Positions 28,958-38,209 of a stretch of 64,000 bases of DNA are shown here, piece by piece. Origin of the DNA: Candidatus Parcubacteria bacterium (lineage in GTDB: Bacteria; Patescibacteriota; Minisyncoccia; Phycocordibacterales; JAKFXT01); assembly GCA_021414235.1 (NCBI GenBank), contig JAIOOV010000004.1, positions 36,250-100,249 on the forward strand, given 5' to 3'. The notes under the pieces were generated by a model. It saw only the letters and a list, made by a program, of their open reading frames with translations. It ran no database searches and had not been told where the DNA came from. Positions within the stretch are counted from its first letter, which is position 1. Each line of letters starts with the position of its first letter. The position numbers and the translations under genes are program-made.

Positions 28958-29446
28958 CTATCTGCGGACCGAGGCGCTCGCAGTGAGCGCGAGCGCGATG
29001 GCGTCGTACTCATCGTCGAAGCGGAGCGGAGAGGTGAGCGCGAGGAGCTTTGCTACCATGCTGGCGACCTGCTTCTTGTCGCTTCTGCCGTAGCCGGTGA
29101 CCGCCACCTTCACCTGGAGCGGGGTGTATTCGTAGAGGGGGAGCTTGTTTACTGAGGCAAGGTAGAGGAGGGCGCCGCGCACCTCAGAGACTGCCATAGC
29201 AGTCTTTTGATTATTCTCGAAATAGAGCTTTTCTATGCCTGCGAACGCAGGTCCGTACTCCTTAATAAGGGAATCAAAGCGCTCGCCCACAAGACGTAGG
29301 CGCTCCAAGAAGGGGAGGGTTTTCGAAGTTACGAAACATTCTGAGAAGAGAAGCTTCTCATGGCCTCCAGCGTTCTTCTCGAGAATGGCGAAGCCGCAGC
29401 GATCGTATCCCGGATCTATTCCGATGATACGGACACTATTCGCCAT
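28958..29446 (-). CDS. ruvC: Holliday junction resolvase RuvC
   Basis: IIGIDPG, IEKLYF, EYTPLQVK...GYGRSDKKQV, DDEYDAIALA. Confidence 0.96.
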   Translation of the reverse strand: MANSVRIIGIDPGYDRCGFAILEKNAGGHEKLLFSECFVTSKTLPFLERLRLVGERFDSLIKEYGPAFAGIEKLYFENNQKTAMAVSEVRGALLYLASVNKLPLYEYTPLQVKVAVTGYGRSDKKQVASMVAKLLALTSPLRFDDEYDAIALALTASASVRR

Positions 29447-29981
29447 CGGTTTTAGCTGCGTTCGTGTAAACGTCCTGGACCTCCTCGTTCTCCTCTAGGG
29501 CGCTAATGAGGGCGCCGAGCTTCTCTTCGTCCTCTGGAGAGACGGGGACCTCTGTCTTTGGCTGCCATTCGCCCTCGATCTTCTCGAATGCCCAGAGCGC
29601 GGAGCCGATGCCGCCGAGCGTCGTTCCGTGCTCAGAGAGGATATGCTTTATCTCGCTCGCCGCCTTATTGCGGTTTCCGGTCAGGGCTTCGATGAGGAGA
29701 GCGGCGCCTCCTGGGCCGTAGGCTTCGTAGATTATTACCTCGAGTTCGCCTGCTTCTCCGCCCACGCCTTTCTTGATCGCCCGTTCGATATTGTCGCTCG
29801 GCATATTGAAAGATTTCGCCTTATCGATGGCTGCGCGCAGGGAGGGGGAGCTTACGTTACCCGCAGCTTTCTTAGACTCGAGTACGATGAAGCGCGCGAG
29901 CTTGCCGAAAAGCTTGCTCCTCTGTGCATCGGAGACTCCTTTCTTTCGCTTAATCTGTGACCATTTATTGTGTCCTGCCAT
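29436..29981 (-). CDS. yebC: YebC/PmpR family protein (short form)
   Basis: MAGHNKWSQIKRKK, NMPSDNIERAI, YEAYGPGG, EVQDVYTN. Confidence 0.95.
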   Translation of the reverse strand: MAGHNKWSQIKRKKGVSDAQRSKLFGKLARFIVLESKKAAGNVSSPSLRAAIDKAKSFNMPSDNIERAIKKGVGGEAGELEVIIYEAYGPGGAALLIEALTGNRNKAASEIKHILSEHGTTLGGIGSALWAFEKIEGEWQPKTEVPVSPEDEEKLGALISALEENEEVQDVYTNAAKTDGE

Positions 29982-29986
29982 GGTGA

Positions 29987-31018
29987 TTACAAAAGACTTT
30001 GCTGCTCCGCGGTCTTCGGAGGGTAGCCTAAGTGTTCGTAGCCGCGGGCGGTGACGATGCGTCCTCGCGGGGTACGTTCGATGAGGCCGAGCTGGAGGAG
30101 GTAGGGTTCATGCACCTCCTCTACTGTGGCCTGGTCCTCGGAGAGGGCGGCGCCGATGGTGTTGAGGCCGACGGGGCCACCGTTGAATTTGGTGATGATC
30201 ACCTCAAGGAGCCTGCGGTCGGATTCGGAGAGGCCGATGTTGTCCACCCCGAGGAGCTCGAGCGCTCCTTTGACCATCTCCTCGGTAATGCTGTTCTTGT
30301 TCACTTGCGCGAAATCCCTGCAGCGCTTGAGGAGATAATTGGCCGTGCGCGGCGTGAAGCGGCTGCGACGGGCGATCTCTTCGATGGCTTTGTCCTCGAT
30401 GGGAATATTAAGGAGGGAAGCGGAGCGTTCCACGATCTTGGCGATTTCTGCTTCTGAATAGAATTCTAGGCGGAAGACGCCGCCGGAGAAGCGGGAGCGC
30501 AGCGGCGCTGAGAGCATGGCGATGCGCGTGGTAGCAGCGACCAGGGTGAACGGCGGGAGCTCGAGCTGGATGGTGCGCGCGGACGGACCTTTGCCGATGA
30601 TGATATTGAGCGCGCCGCTCTCCATTGCTGGATACAGCACCTCTTCGATGGTCTTGTTGAGGCGATGGATCTCGTCGATGAAGAGGATGTCGCGAGGGGA
30701 GAGGTTGGTGAGGATGGAGGCAATATCTCCCACTTTTTCGATGGCCGGTCCCGAGGTCACTTTCATCTGTGAGCCAAGCTCCTTGCTTATGAGGTGGGCG
30801 AGAGTGGTCTTACCGAGGCCTGGAGGGCCATAAAAGAGGAGATGCTCGGGCGTATGCTCGCGTTCCTTGGCCGCTGCAAGCAGGATTTTCAGGTTATCCT
30901 TGGTCTTTTCTTGCCCGATATACTCTGCCCAGGTCTGTGGGCGCAGCGCCTGGTCAAGGAAAAGCTCGTCGCGCTTGATTTCCACTCCTTCTGCCCCCAG
31001 AGCGCCGTTACTTGACAT
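29987..31018 (-). CDS. ruvB: Holliday junction helicase RuvB
   Basis: LRPQTWAEYIGQ, GPPGLGKTTLA, FIDEIHRL, ERTPRGR. Confidence 0.98.
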   Translation of the reverse strand: MSSNGALGAEGVEIKRDELFLDQALRPQTWAEYIGQEKTKDNLKILLAAAKEREHTPEHLLFYGPPGLGKTTLAHLISKELGSQMKVTSGPAIEKVGDIASILTNLSPRDILFIDEIHRLNKTIEEVLYPAMESGALNIIIGKGPSARTIQLELPPFTLVAATTRIAMLSAPLRSRFSGGVFRLEFYSEAEIAKIVERSASLLNIPIEDKAIEEIARRSRFTPRTANYLLKRCRDFAQVNKNSITEEMVKGALELLGVDNIGLSESDRRLLEVIITKFNGGPVGLNTIGAALSEDQATVEEVHEPYLLQLGLIERTPRGRIVTARGYEHLGYPPKTAEQQSLL

Positions 31019-31107
31019 AAATTTTATTATATGCTAGCATATAGATACCCTCTTTGTGGGGCTTTGTTTTTTGAGAGCTTCCCGCATTGTATCTCACATT
31101 CGTCTCC

Positions 31108-31276
31108 TCCAGCGTATTACTCTCTAAGGAATTGGGTCCTCCCGGACTTACTGGTAGTTTTACGAGGACGCCCTGGTTCTCTCCCTCGCGGAGAGGTGAC
31201 TGGCGCTATCCTTTGAAGACTACTTAGCTTTTAATACCCGTTATTGAAAGTATTCCTTAGAGAGTAATGTTCTGGA
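31108..31276 (+). ncRNA. 6S RNA-like rod with central bubble (candidate ssrS)
   Basis: 17 bp perfect closing stem 31116-31132/31252-31268 extendable to 31108/31276; internal stem GTAGTTTT/AAGACTAC; apical CTCTC/GAGAG; ~170 nt; G-U pairs favour +. Confidence 0.6.
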
Positions 31277-31314
31277 AGAACCTCTCTACCTACTAAAAAG
31301 CGTACTCCTCTCGG

Positions 31315-31345
31315 AAGCCCCTGCCCACTAGGCGAGGGGCTTTTT
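31315..31345 (+). terminator. Intrinsic terminator between 6S-like RNA and pilB
   Basis: AAGCCCCT...AGGGGCTTTTT hairpin with T-tract. Confidence 0.7.
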
Positions 31346-31369
31346 CCGTGTCCCCAGGATTAGCGCTCT

Positions 31370-33034
31370 CTATTGTAATTCAACGACGCGTTCGAGCTCT
31401 GCGAGAGAGGTCACTCCGCGCAGCGCCTTCAGCACTCCGTCCTGCGGCATGGTGAGGATGTCCTGGTCTTCGCTGGCTTTAGCGATTTCGCGCTCGCTTG
31501 GGCTGGAATTCAATACTTCTTCCACTTTCTCCGTCATGAGCACTGCTTCGAAGATGCCGATGCGTCCGCGGTAGCCGGTGCCATTACATGCGGGGCACCC
31601 GACCGGATCTTTTAGTTTGAGTTCTGTGGGAATGAGTTCGCGGCGCTTCACAGAAGTGAGGACGGCGTTCATGCGTGCCGCTTCCTCTGGTGTTGCCGCT
31701 CTTTCTTTGGCGCAGGTACCGCAGAGCTTGCGTACGAGGCGCTGTGCAAGCACGACGTTGATCGCCGAGCTTATGACTCTAGAATTCACTCCGAGGTCGA
31801 TGAGGCGGGGGATGGCTCCAGCTGCGTTGTTGGTATGGAGCGTTGAGAGCACTAGGTGTCCGGTGAGGCCGGCGTTGATGGCGATGTCCGCCGTCTCGCC
31901 ATCGCGGATCTCGCCGACCATGATCACGTCCGGATCCTGACGGAGCGCAGCGCGCAGCCCGGCAGCGAAAGTGTAGTTCTTGTGGTCCGCTTGGGTCTGT
32001 ACGATGCCTGGCAGGTGGTACTCGATCGGGTCCTCGATGGTGATGATCTTCACTTCGGATGTGTGGATCTTTCGGAGAAAAGAGTAGAGGGTGGTCGTCT
32101 TGCCGCTGCCAGTGGGGCCGGTGGTAAGGAGCATGCCGTTCGGCTTCATGATTTCTCGCTCGATTACGGCGTAGAGCGCGGGCTCGATGCCGAGCTGATC
32201 CATGGGCACGTTGATGGTCTGCGGGTTCAATATGCGCAGGACGAGCGATTCGCCGTAGGCGCCGGGGAGTATGGAGGTACGGATCTCGATATCGCTGCCC
32301 GCCTTGATGCTGAAGCGGCCGTCTTGGGAAGTATCCTTGAGGTTGAGCTTAAGGCCGGAGATGAGTTTGAGACGGGAGAGCAGCAGAAGGAAGGTCTTGA
32401 GATCGAATGTGCTGATGTCCATGAGCACGCCGTCGAGACGATAGCGCAGGCGCACGTATGCCTCTTCCGGCTCGAGGTGAAGGTCGGAAGCTCCCACGGC
32501 GAGTGCGCCTGCGAGCATGATCTCGAGTAGGCGAGAGATGTGATAGGTTTTCTTCTCTGCGAGGACGGTCTCGACGCGGGCCCTGATGTCTTCAACCGTC
32601 TTCACTTCGTGCAGGGTCTTTTCGATGGCTTCGTTTGATATATCCACTACGCCTGCGGCGGATTCCTTAGCGAAGGAGAAATCCTTGTAGCGAGCCCAGA
32701 CGTGGGCGAGGCTCGCCTTAGACACCATGAAGGAGCTTACGAGGTAGCCTTTGTCGGTGAATTCCTGGAGTATCTCCGCAGTGCGCGGGTTCTTGGGGGA
32801 GAGGACGGCGGCTTTTAGTTTCTTGCCGACAACGTCAAAGAGAGCGAGGTTGCCCTCTTCTGCAGTCGCTTCTGGGAGCAAGCGAACAGCATCGCTATTT
32901 ATGGGGAGGCGGGTGAGATCGAGATAGGGGAGACCGTAGCGTTCGGAGAGGAGCTTGGCCAGCTCCTCTTCTTCGCGGCTGCGGAGGTCCGCTATCTTCT
33001 TGTCTTGCTTGTCCTCATCAAAATGAACCGCCAT
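31370..33034 (-). CDS. Type IV pilus assembly ATPase, PilB/GspE family
   Basis: TGPTGSGKTTTLY, EDPIEY, LRQDPDVIMVGEIRD, TGHLVLSTLHTN, tetra-Cys motif; start set to MAVHF at 33034. Confidence 0.95.
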   Translation of the reverse strand: MAVHFDEDKQDKKIADLRSREEEELAKLLSERYGLPYLDLTRLPINSDAVRLLPEATAEEGNLALFDVVGKKLKAAVLSPKNPRTAEILQEFTDKGYLVSSFMVSKASLAHVWARYKDFSFAKESAAGVVDISNEAIEKTLHEVKTVEDIRARVETVLAEKKTYHISRLLEIMLAGALAVGASDLHLEPEEAYVRLRYRLDGVLMDISTFDLKTFLLLLSRLKLISGLKLNLKDTSQDGRFSIKAGSDIEIRTSILPGAYGESLVLRILNPQTINVPMDQLGIEPALYAVIEREIMKPNGMLLTTGPTGSGKTTTLYSFLRKIHTSEVKIITIEDPIEYHLPGIVQTQADHKNYTFAAGLRAALRQDPDVIMVGEIRDGETADIAINAGLTGHLVLSTLHTNNAAGAIPRLIDLGVNSRVISSAINVVLAQRLVRKLCGTCAKERAATPEEAARMNAVLTSVKRRELIPTELKLKDPVGCPACNGTGYRGRIGIFEAVLMTEKVEEVLNSSPSEREIAKASEDQDILTMPQDGVLKALRGVTSLAELERVVELQ

Positions 33035-33086
33035 ATATGAGCTAAGTATAGCCCGAAACAAGGCCATTTTATGCAGGTAGAGACTC

Positions 33087-33147
33087 TTGACAAATAAGCC
33101 ATTCGTGGTATATAATTAAAGGCAGGAAAACAACCTGCTCAAGGAGG
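33087..33147 (+). promoter_or_regulatory. Consensus sigma70 promoter plus SD
   Basis: TTGACA 33087-33092, 18 nt, TATAAT 33111-33116; 5' hairpin GCAGG/CCTGC; AAGGAGG 33141-33147. Confidence 0.8.
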
Positions 33148-33156
33148 GCCTACAAA

Positions 33157-33621
33157 ATGCGCTACCTGATTCTTGCTCTGGCGCTGCTCGTCTCTGGCTG
33201 TATCGGTCGTGACGGGCAGGGTCGTGTCGTGGCGAGCTCCACGACTTGCGGCCCCATGGGTCCCATCACAGGGTGCCCTGGCTACAAGAGCGACCCGCCG
33301 ATGGGCGGCGAGGTGAGGGTGAGAACCCGCTATCCGAACTATCAGTGCTCGATCACCAGCGATCGTCTGGGGGTCGACAAGAAAGGCAGGCCGCTGGTCC
33401 TCACGACCAAGCCGATGACGTTGCCTCATGGTCCCTTCGGAGCCAGCCGCCCCGTTCGTCTGGAGGTCGACTGCTGCGACATGGAAGGGAAATATCGAGG
33501 CTTCTACCTCGATGTGGTGCCTCGTGATCAGCGGGACCTCGTGGTTCCGGACAGCTTCCAGTCGCGCAGCGCATGGGCTCCCAATCTTCGGTTTTGTCGG
33601 GAGCTCGGGCTCCTGCCCTAA
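33157..33621 (+). CDS. Cys-rich predicted lipoprotein of unknown function
   Basis: MRYLILALALLVSG-C lipobox; own promoter, SD and downstream hairpin. Confidence 0.75.
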   Translation: MRYLILALALLVSGCIGRDGQGRVVASSTTCGPMGPITGCPGYKSDPPMGGEVRVRTRYPNYQCSITSDRLGVDKKGRPLVLTTKPMTLPHGPFGASRPVRLEVDCCDMEGKYRGFYLDVVPRDQRDLVVPDSFQSRSAWAPNLRFCRELGLLP

Positions 33622-33641
33622 CCAGTTCTTCTCGCAGCCAA

Positions 33642-33671
33642 CGACCACTATCTGTAAACAGATAGTGGTCG
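33642..33671 (+). terminator. 13 bp perfect hairpin after lipoprotein gene
   Basis: CGACCACTATCTG-taaa-CAGATAGTGGTCG. Confidence 0.6.
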
Positions 33672-33708
33672 GCTTCGTTTTCTACTCTACGGTGCTACAA
33701 TCAGCGAC

Positions 33709-34167
33709 ATGAAGGAGATCACCTCCCGCTCTCTCGCGGACACAAAAGCCTTTGCTGAGAGCCTCCTCAAGAGGCTGGTAGAGATTCCTCGTAAGAGCGC
33801 GGCGGTACTCGCCCTCTATGGAAACCTGGGGGCAGGGAAGACCGCGCTCACCAAGGAGCTGGCGCTCCTCCTTGGGGTCAAGGATACGGTTAATAGCCCC
33901 ACTTTCATCCTAGAGAAGATATACAAGGTGAAGCATCCGGTCTTCGAGCGGCTCATTCATATAGATGCCTACCGCCTGGAGGAGCCGCAGGAGCTTGCTC
34001 ACTTGGGCTTCACCGAACTTGCCGCAGATGGAGGGAACCTCATCGTGGTCGAATGGGCGGAGCAGGTAGAAGGACTTATTCCCGAGAGCGCGCTACGGGT
34101 GCATGCAGAGTTTGTCGACGAGACTACGCGGCGTTTTTATATTCATGACAAAGAAAGTAAAAGTTAA
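33709..34167 (+). CDS. tsaE: tRNA threonylcarbamoyladenosine biosynthesis ATPase TsaE
   Basis: GNLGAGKT, VNSPTF, HIDAYRL, VVEWAE. Confidence 0.96.
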   Translation: MKEITSRSLADTKAFAESLLKRLVEIPRKSAAVLALYGNLGAGKTALTKELALLLGVKDTVNSPTFILEKIYKVKHPVFERLIHIDAYRLEEPQELAHLGFTELAADGGNLIVVEWAEQVEGLIPESALRVHAEFVDETTRRFYIHDKESKS

Positions 34168-36544
34168 GAAATCTGATAAGGAGAGCCAGCCTTCGAAACG
34201 CCTCGTGCTTCTTGATGTGCACGCGATACTTCATCGCGCCTATCACGCGCTTCCTGATTTCTCTTCTGCCAAGGGGGAGCCGACCGGCGGCCTCTACGGG
34301 CTCTCCTCGATGCTCATCCGTATCATCGGCGACCTCAAGCCTGACTACCTTGCCGCCTGCTACGACCTTCCGGGACCTACGTATCGTCACGAAGCGTATG
34401 AGGGCTACAAGGCGCAGCGTAAGAAGACGGACGACGCGCTTGTGGCACAGATCATCCGTTCACGCGATGTCTTCATCGCCTTCGGCATACCTATCTACGA
34501 AGCCCCAGGGTTTGAGGCGGACGACCTCCTCGGCACCATCGCGGAGCGTATGCGCGGGGAGAATGTAGAAGTCATCGTGGCTTCCGGCGACATGGATACG
34601 CTACAGCTCGCGGAGGAAGGTCGGGTGAAGATCTATACGCTCAAGAAGGGAATCAACGACACCATCCTCTATGACGAGGAGGCGGTGCGCACCCGCTTCG
34701 GCTTCTCCCCGGAACAGTTACCTGACTACAAGGGTCTGCGTGGGGATCCCTCGGACAACATCGTGGGCGTACGCGGCATCGGAGAGAAGACGGGGAGCAT
34801 GCTCATTCAGGCCTTCGGTACGATTGAGAATCTCTATAAGGCGCTCAAGAAGGACGATGCGAAACTGAAAGAGCTCAAGCTCACTCCGCGTATCCTGGAG
34901 ATATTGAAGGCAGCAGAAGAAGAAGCACTCTTCTCCAAGATGCTTGCGACGATTCATAGGGACGCGCCGATTACGTTCGCTCTTCCAGAGAAGCCATGGG
35001 CGGAAGGAGTGGATATGAAGAAGATAGAGGAACTCTTCGCGGAGCTTGAGTTCCGCACGCTGCTTGCTCGTGCCAAGGCGGCGGTGAAGGGTGAGGCAGT
35101 AGAGGTTGCGCCAAAGCAGGCTTCTCTGGGGGAGGCTTTGGAGAGCGTACCGGCACTCGAGGTGCGGGAAGCGGGCGTGATGCTCTCTCTTCTTGATTCC
35201 TCGCTCCCGGAGCCGACGCTCCAAGAGATCTTACAGCACACGCGTACTAATTTTTTTGAAAAAGCCAAAGAGGTGCTTCTTGCGGATCTTAAGAAGAAGG
35301 ATCTGCTCAAGGTCTTTGAAGATATCGAGAAGCCGCTTTTGCCCGTGATCATCAAGATGGAGGAGCGAGGCATCGCTGTCGACACCGACTATCTGAAGGA
35401 CCTTTCCCTCGAATATCACACAGAACTCTCTAAGCTCGAGAAAGAAGTGACGGCGCTCGCAGGGGAATCCTTCAACCTCAATTCTCCTGCGCAGCTCTCC
35501 ACCATCCTCTTCGACAAACTGGGGCTTTCCATTAAGAACCACAAGAAGACGGAGGGTGGCGCCAAATCCACCCGTGAGTCCGAGCTCGAGAAGCTGCGCG
35601 AGGCGCATCCCATCGTTGGCTCCCTCCTCTCATATCGCGAGCTCCAGAAGCTCCTCTCTACGTATATAGACACCATTCCCACCTTGATCGCGGGGGATGG
35701 CAGGCTGCATGCTCACTTCCTGCAGATCGGAGCTTCTACTGGACGCATGTCCTCTCAGGGTCCCAACCTTCAGAACATCCCCATCAAAACCGAACTCGGC
35801 CGCCGTATCCGTAATGCGTTCGTGGCAGCCAAGGGCTTCGCCCTCGTCTCCTTCGACTACTCTCAGATCGAACTGCGCGTAGCCGCCTTCCTCTCGGGGG
35901 ATGAGAAGCTGCTTCAGATTTTTCGCGACGGACGGGACATCCATACGGAAGTGGCTGCGCAGGTATTCAAGGTGCCGCGCGAGAAGGTGGATAAGGAGAT
36001 GCGCCGTAAAGCTAAGGTCATCAATTTCGGCATACTCTATGGTATGGGCGTGAACGCGCTGCGGCAGAACCTAGGCGGCTCCGCAGAAGAAGCCCGGAAT
36101 TTTTATAAAGAATACTTCGAGACCTTCACTGGGCTCGCGGACTATCTGGAGAAGGTGAAAGCTGCTGCTGCACGCAAGGGATATACGGAAACCTATTTCG
36201 GACGGAAGCGCTACTTCGAAGGGCTCTCTTCCTCCATTCCATACATCAAGGCAGCCGCAGAGCGCATGGCTATCAACGCGCCGATCCAGGGTACCCAGGC
36301 GGATATCATCAAGATCGCCATGGCGCGTATCGACAATCTCATCAAGGAGAAGTACGAGGGCAAAGCATATCTTCTTCTCCAGGTGCACGACGAGCTCCTG
36401 TATGAGATAGCGGAGAAGGATTCAGGAAAGATAATCGAGGAGATCAAAGCCATCATGGAGGAAGTGCTCACTCCGGAGAAGATCGGCGGCATCACTCTAG
36501 TTGCGAACGCAGAGAAGGGTAAGAACTGGGGCGAACTTCACTAG
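34145..36544 (+). CDS. polA: DNA polymerase I (3'-5' exonuclease domain largely absent)
   Basis: 5'-nuclease EADD, GDPSDN; polymerase motifs DYSQIELR, KVINFGILYG, QVHDEL; start ATG 34145. Confidence 0.96.
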   Translation: MTKKVKVKKSDKESQPSKRLVLLDVHAILHRAYHALPDFSSAKGEPTGGLYGLSSMLIRIIGDLKPDYLAACYDLPGPTYRHEAYEGYKAQRKKTDDALVAQIIRSRDVFIAFGIPIYEAPGFEADDLLGTIAERMRGENVEVIVASGDMDTLQLAEEGRVKIYTLKKGINDTILYDEEAVRTRFGFSPEQLPDYKGLRGDPSDNIVGVRGIGEKTGSMLIQAFGTIENLYKALKKDDAKLKELKLTPRILEILKAAEEEALFSKMLATIHRDAPITFALPEKPWAEGVDMKKIEELFAELEFRTLLARAKAAVKGEAVEVAPKQASLGEALESVPALEVREAGVMLSLLDSSLPEPTLQEILQHTRTNFFEKAKEVLLADLKKKDLLKVFEDIEKPLLPVIIKMEERGIAVDTDYLKDLSLEYHTELSKLEKEVTALAGESFNLNSPAQLSTILFDKLGLSIKNHKKTEGGAKSTRESELEKLREAHPIVGSLLSYRELQKLLSTYIDTIPTLIAGDGRLHAHFLQIGASTGRMSSQGPNLQNIPIKTELGRRIRNAFVAAKGFALVSFDYSQIELRVAAFLSGDEKLLQIFRDGRDIHTEVAAQVFKVPREKVDKEMRRKAKVINFGILYGMGVNALRQNLGGSAEEARNFYKEYFETFTGLADYLEKVKAAAARKGYTETYFGRKRYFEGLSSSIPYIKAAAERMAINAPIQGTQADIIKIAMARIDNLIKEKYEGKAYLLLQVHDELLYEIAEKDSGKIIEEIKAIMEEVLTPEKIGGITLVANAEKGKNWGELH

Positions 36545-36545
36545 T

Positions 36546-37238
36546 ATGCTGATCGTACTCACCGGAGAGAATCGTCTTGGGCTCCTCACTGAGCTCGAGC
36601 GCGACATGAAGCAGCGCTCCCTTACGGAAGCAGATCGCTTCTCGGAAGATACGTTCTCGTCGGAGGTGGTGCTTGCCACTTTGGAGCAGCAAGATCTCTT
36701 CGGAGGAGGGGAGAAGGCTATCGTACTCGATCAACTCGGGAGCTTTGCAGAAGGAAAGCGGTTCCTGGAAGAAGAGGCGGAGCGCCTCTCGAGTTCTGCG
36801 AAGGCGGTCTACGCGCTCGAGTCTTCTGTGCCTGCAGCGCTCGGGAAGGTGCTTACTAAAGCAGGCGGAGAAGTCCGAACGGTGGGTATTGCCACGAAGG
36901 GGAGGAATTCTCCGCCGATCTTTGCGCTCTCTGATGCTTTGGCAGCCCGGGACAAGAAGGCTTTGTGGATCCTGTATCAGGATCTCTCTAAGTCTGCAGA
37001 GCCAGAAGAGATCGCTGGCATCTTCGTCTGGCAGCTCAAAACCATGTGGCTCGTCGCTCTCGGAGAGACGGCGGGACTTAATCCGTATGTGGTCACTAAG
37101 GCGCGCACGGCCCTCCGAAATTTCAAGAACGAGGAGATACCCAAGCTTCTTTTCAAGATGATCGGAGATTACCATCGCGGACACCGTGGGGAGGGGAGTC
37201 TCTCGCTCTCTCTAGAGCAGACGATTCTTGCTCTCTGA
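36546..37238 (+). CDS. Probable DNA polymerase III delta subunit (HolA-like)
   Basis: MLIVLTGEN, DLFGG, IFALSDALAARDKK, LNPYVVTK, LEQTIL pattern. Confidence 0.7.
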   Translation: MLIVLTGENRLGLLTELERDMKQRSLTEADRFSEDTFSSEVVLATLEQQDLFGGGEKAIVLDQLGSFAEGKRFLEEEAERLSSSAKAVYALESSVPAALGKVLTKAGGEVRTVGIATKGRNSPPIFALSDALAARDKKALWILYQDLSKSAEPEEIAGIFVWQLKTMWLVALGETAGLNPYVVTKARTALRNFKNEEIPKLLFKMIGDYHRGHRGEGSLSLSLEQTILAL

Positions 37239-37289
37239 CCAGCAGAGCTTTCCAGAAAGCCGTTTTTGTCGTAGCTTTAAGCGTGTTTC

Positions 37290-37362
37290 CCGCCCATAGC
37301 TCAGTCGGTAGAGCAGCTGCCTTTTAAGCAGTTGGTCGTTGGTTCGAATCCAACTGGGCGGA
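37290..37362 (+). tRNA. tRNA-Lys(UUU)
   Basis: Cloverleaf; acceptor CCGCCCA/TGGGCGG; anticodon loop CT-TTT-AA; GGTTCGAATCC. Confidence 0.95.
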
Positions 37363-37366
37363 CAGA

Positions 37367-37930
37367 TTATCTTGCGCTTAGCGGCACTTTCCTCCAGTCG
37401 TCCTCTACTGCTTTATATTTCTCCTTACTAAAGGAAAGAATAGGGTAAGCACGTACTTGAATGTCAGTTTCTGACTCGTGGATTAGAGCGCCTAATGTGT
37501 CAAAAACCAGAGGAAAGTCCTTCTTGTTCCCTGTGATTAATAAGGAGTTAGAGTGCTGTATCACCCTTCCTGCTAAATGGAGGTCTACCGTGCTAGCTCC
37601 CTTGAAACCTTTGTGCGCGTATAGGTAAGAAAGGGTAAGTGCGTTTTCTCGAATCTTTTTGAAAATATCAGGGTGTTCAAGTGCGGGTATGAGAACTGGA
37701 TAGCTCAAAAACTCCTCCAGTATTCTTCGTCGCTCAGGAAGTTGGGCGTCTCTTAAAAGTTCAAATCTGACAAGAGGATCTATTAGTAGAAATCCATTCT
37801 GGGAAATTTCAAGAAAATCTTGCAGAGCCTCATCGTCGTTGATAAGCGTGGATAGGAAATCCGTATCTAAGAATATGTTTTTCCCCGAAAGGGCTTCTCG
37901 TAGTCCTTCTGATACGTAGAAACCCTTCAT
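37367..37930 (-). CDS. PIN domain protein (VapC-like nuclease)
   Basis: IFLDTDFL, RFELL, STVDLHLA, LITGNKKDF PIN pattern; visibly AT-richer than flanks. Confidence 0.8.
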   Translation of the reverse strand: MKGFYVSEGLREALSGKNIFLDTDFLSTLINDDEALQDFLEISQNGFLLIDPLVRFELLRDAQLPERRRILEEFLSYPVLIPALEHPDIFKKIRENALTLSYLYAHKGFKGASTVDLHLAGRVIQHSNSLLITGNKKDFPLVFDTLGALIHESETDIQVRAYPILSFSKEKYKAVEDDWRKVPLSAR

Positions 37931-38116
37931 TTACTTTTTCTCCTCAGTTTCCTTTTTTAATTCACGATACTTCCTCACCAGCTCGCGAATTTTTTCTAAA
38001 TCCTTCTTACTCAGCGTTGTTGGTTTTTCGGGAATAGGGGCAGAGGGTTCAGGTGTATTCCCAATAAAAATAGGTAAGGCTTCTCGATGAAAGCGCTTAG
38101 TAGAGGCTGTTTTCAT
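37931..38116 (-). CDS. Small basic protein, possible antitoxin partner of the PIN gene
   Basis: Abuts PIN gene; ATG 38116 lies 7 nt after TGnTAGAAT. Confidence 0.55.
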   Translation of the reverse strand: MKTASTKRFHREALPIFIGNTPEPSAPIPEKPTTLSKKDLEKIRELVRKYRELKKETEEKK

Positions 38117-38209
38117 GTTTACAATTCTATCATTCTTGTTCTTACACATCATCCTCTTAGACGAAGAGGGAGCTATTTTCTGATATTGCCAAAAGCCTGT
38201 GGCTAGGTT

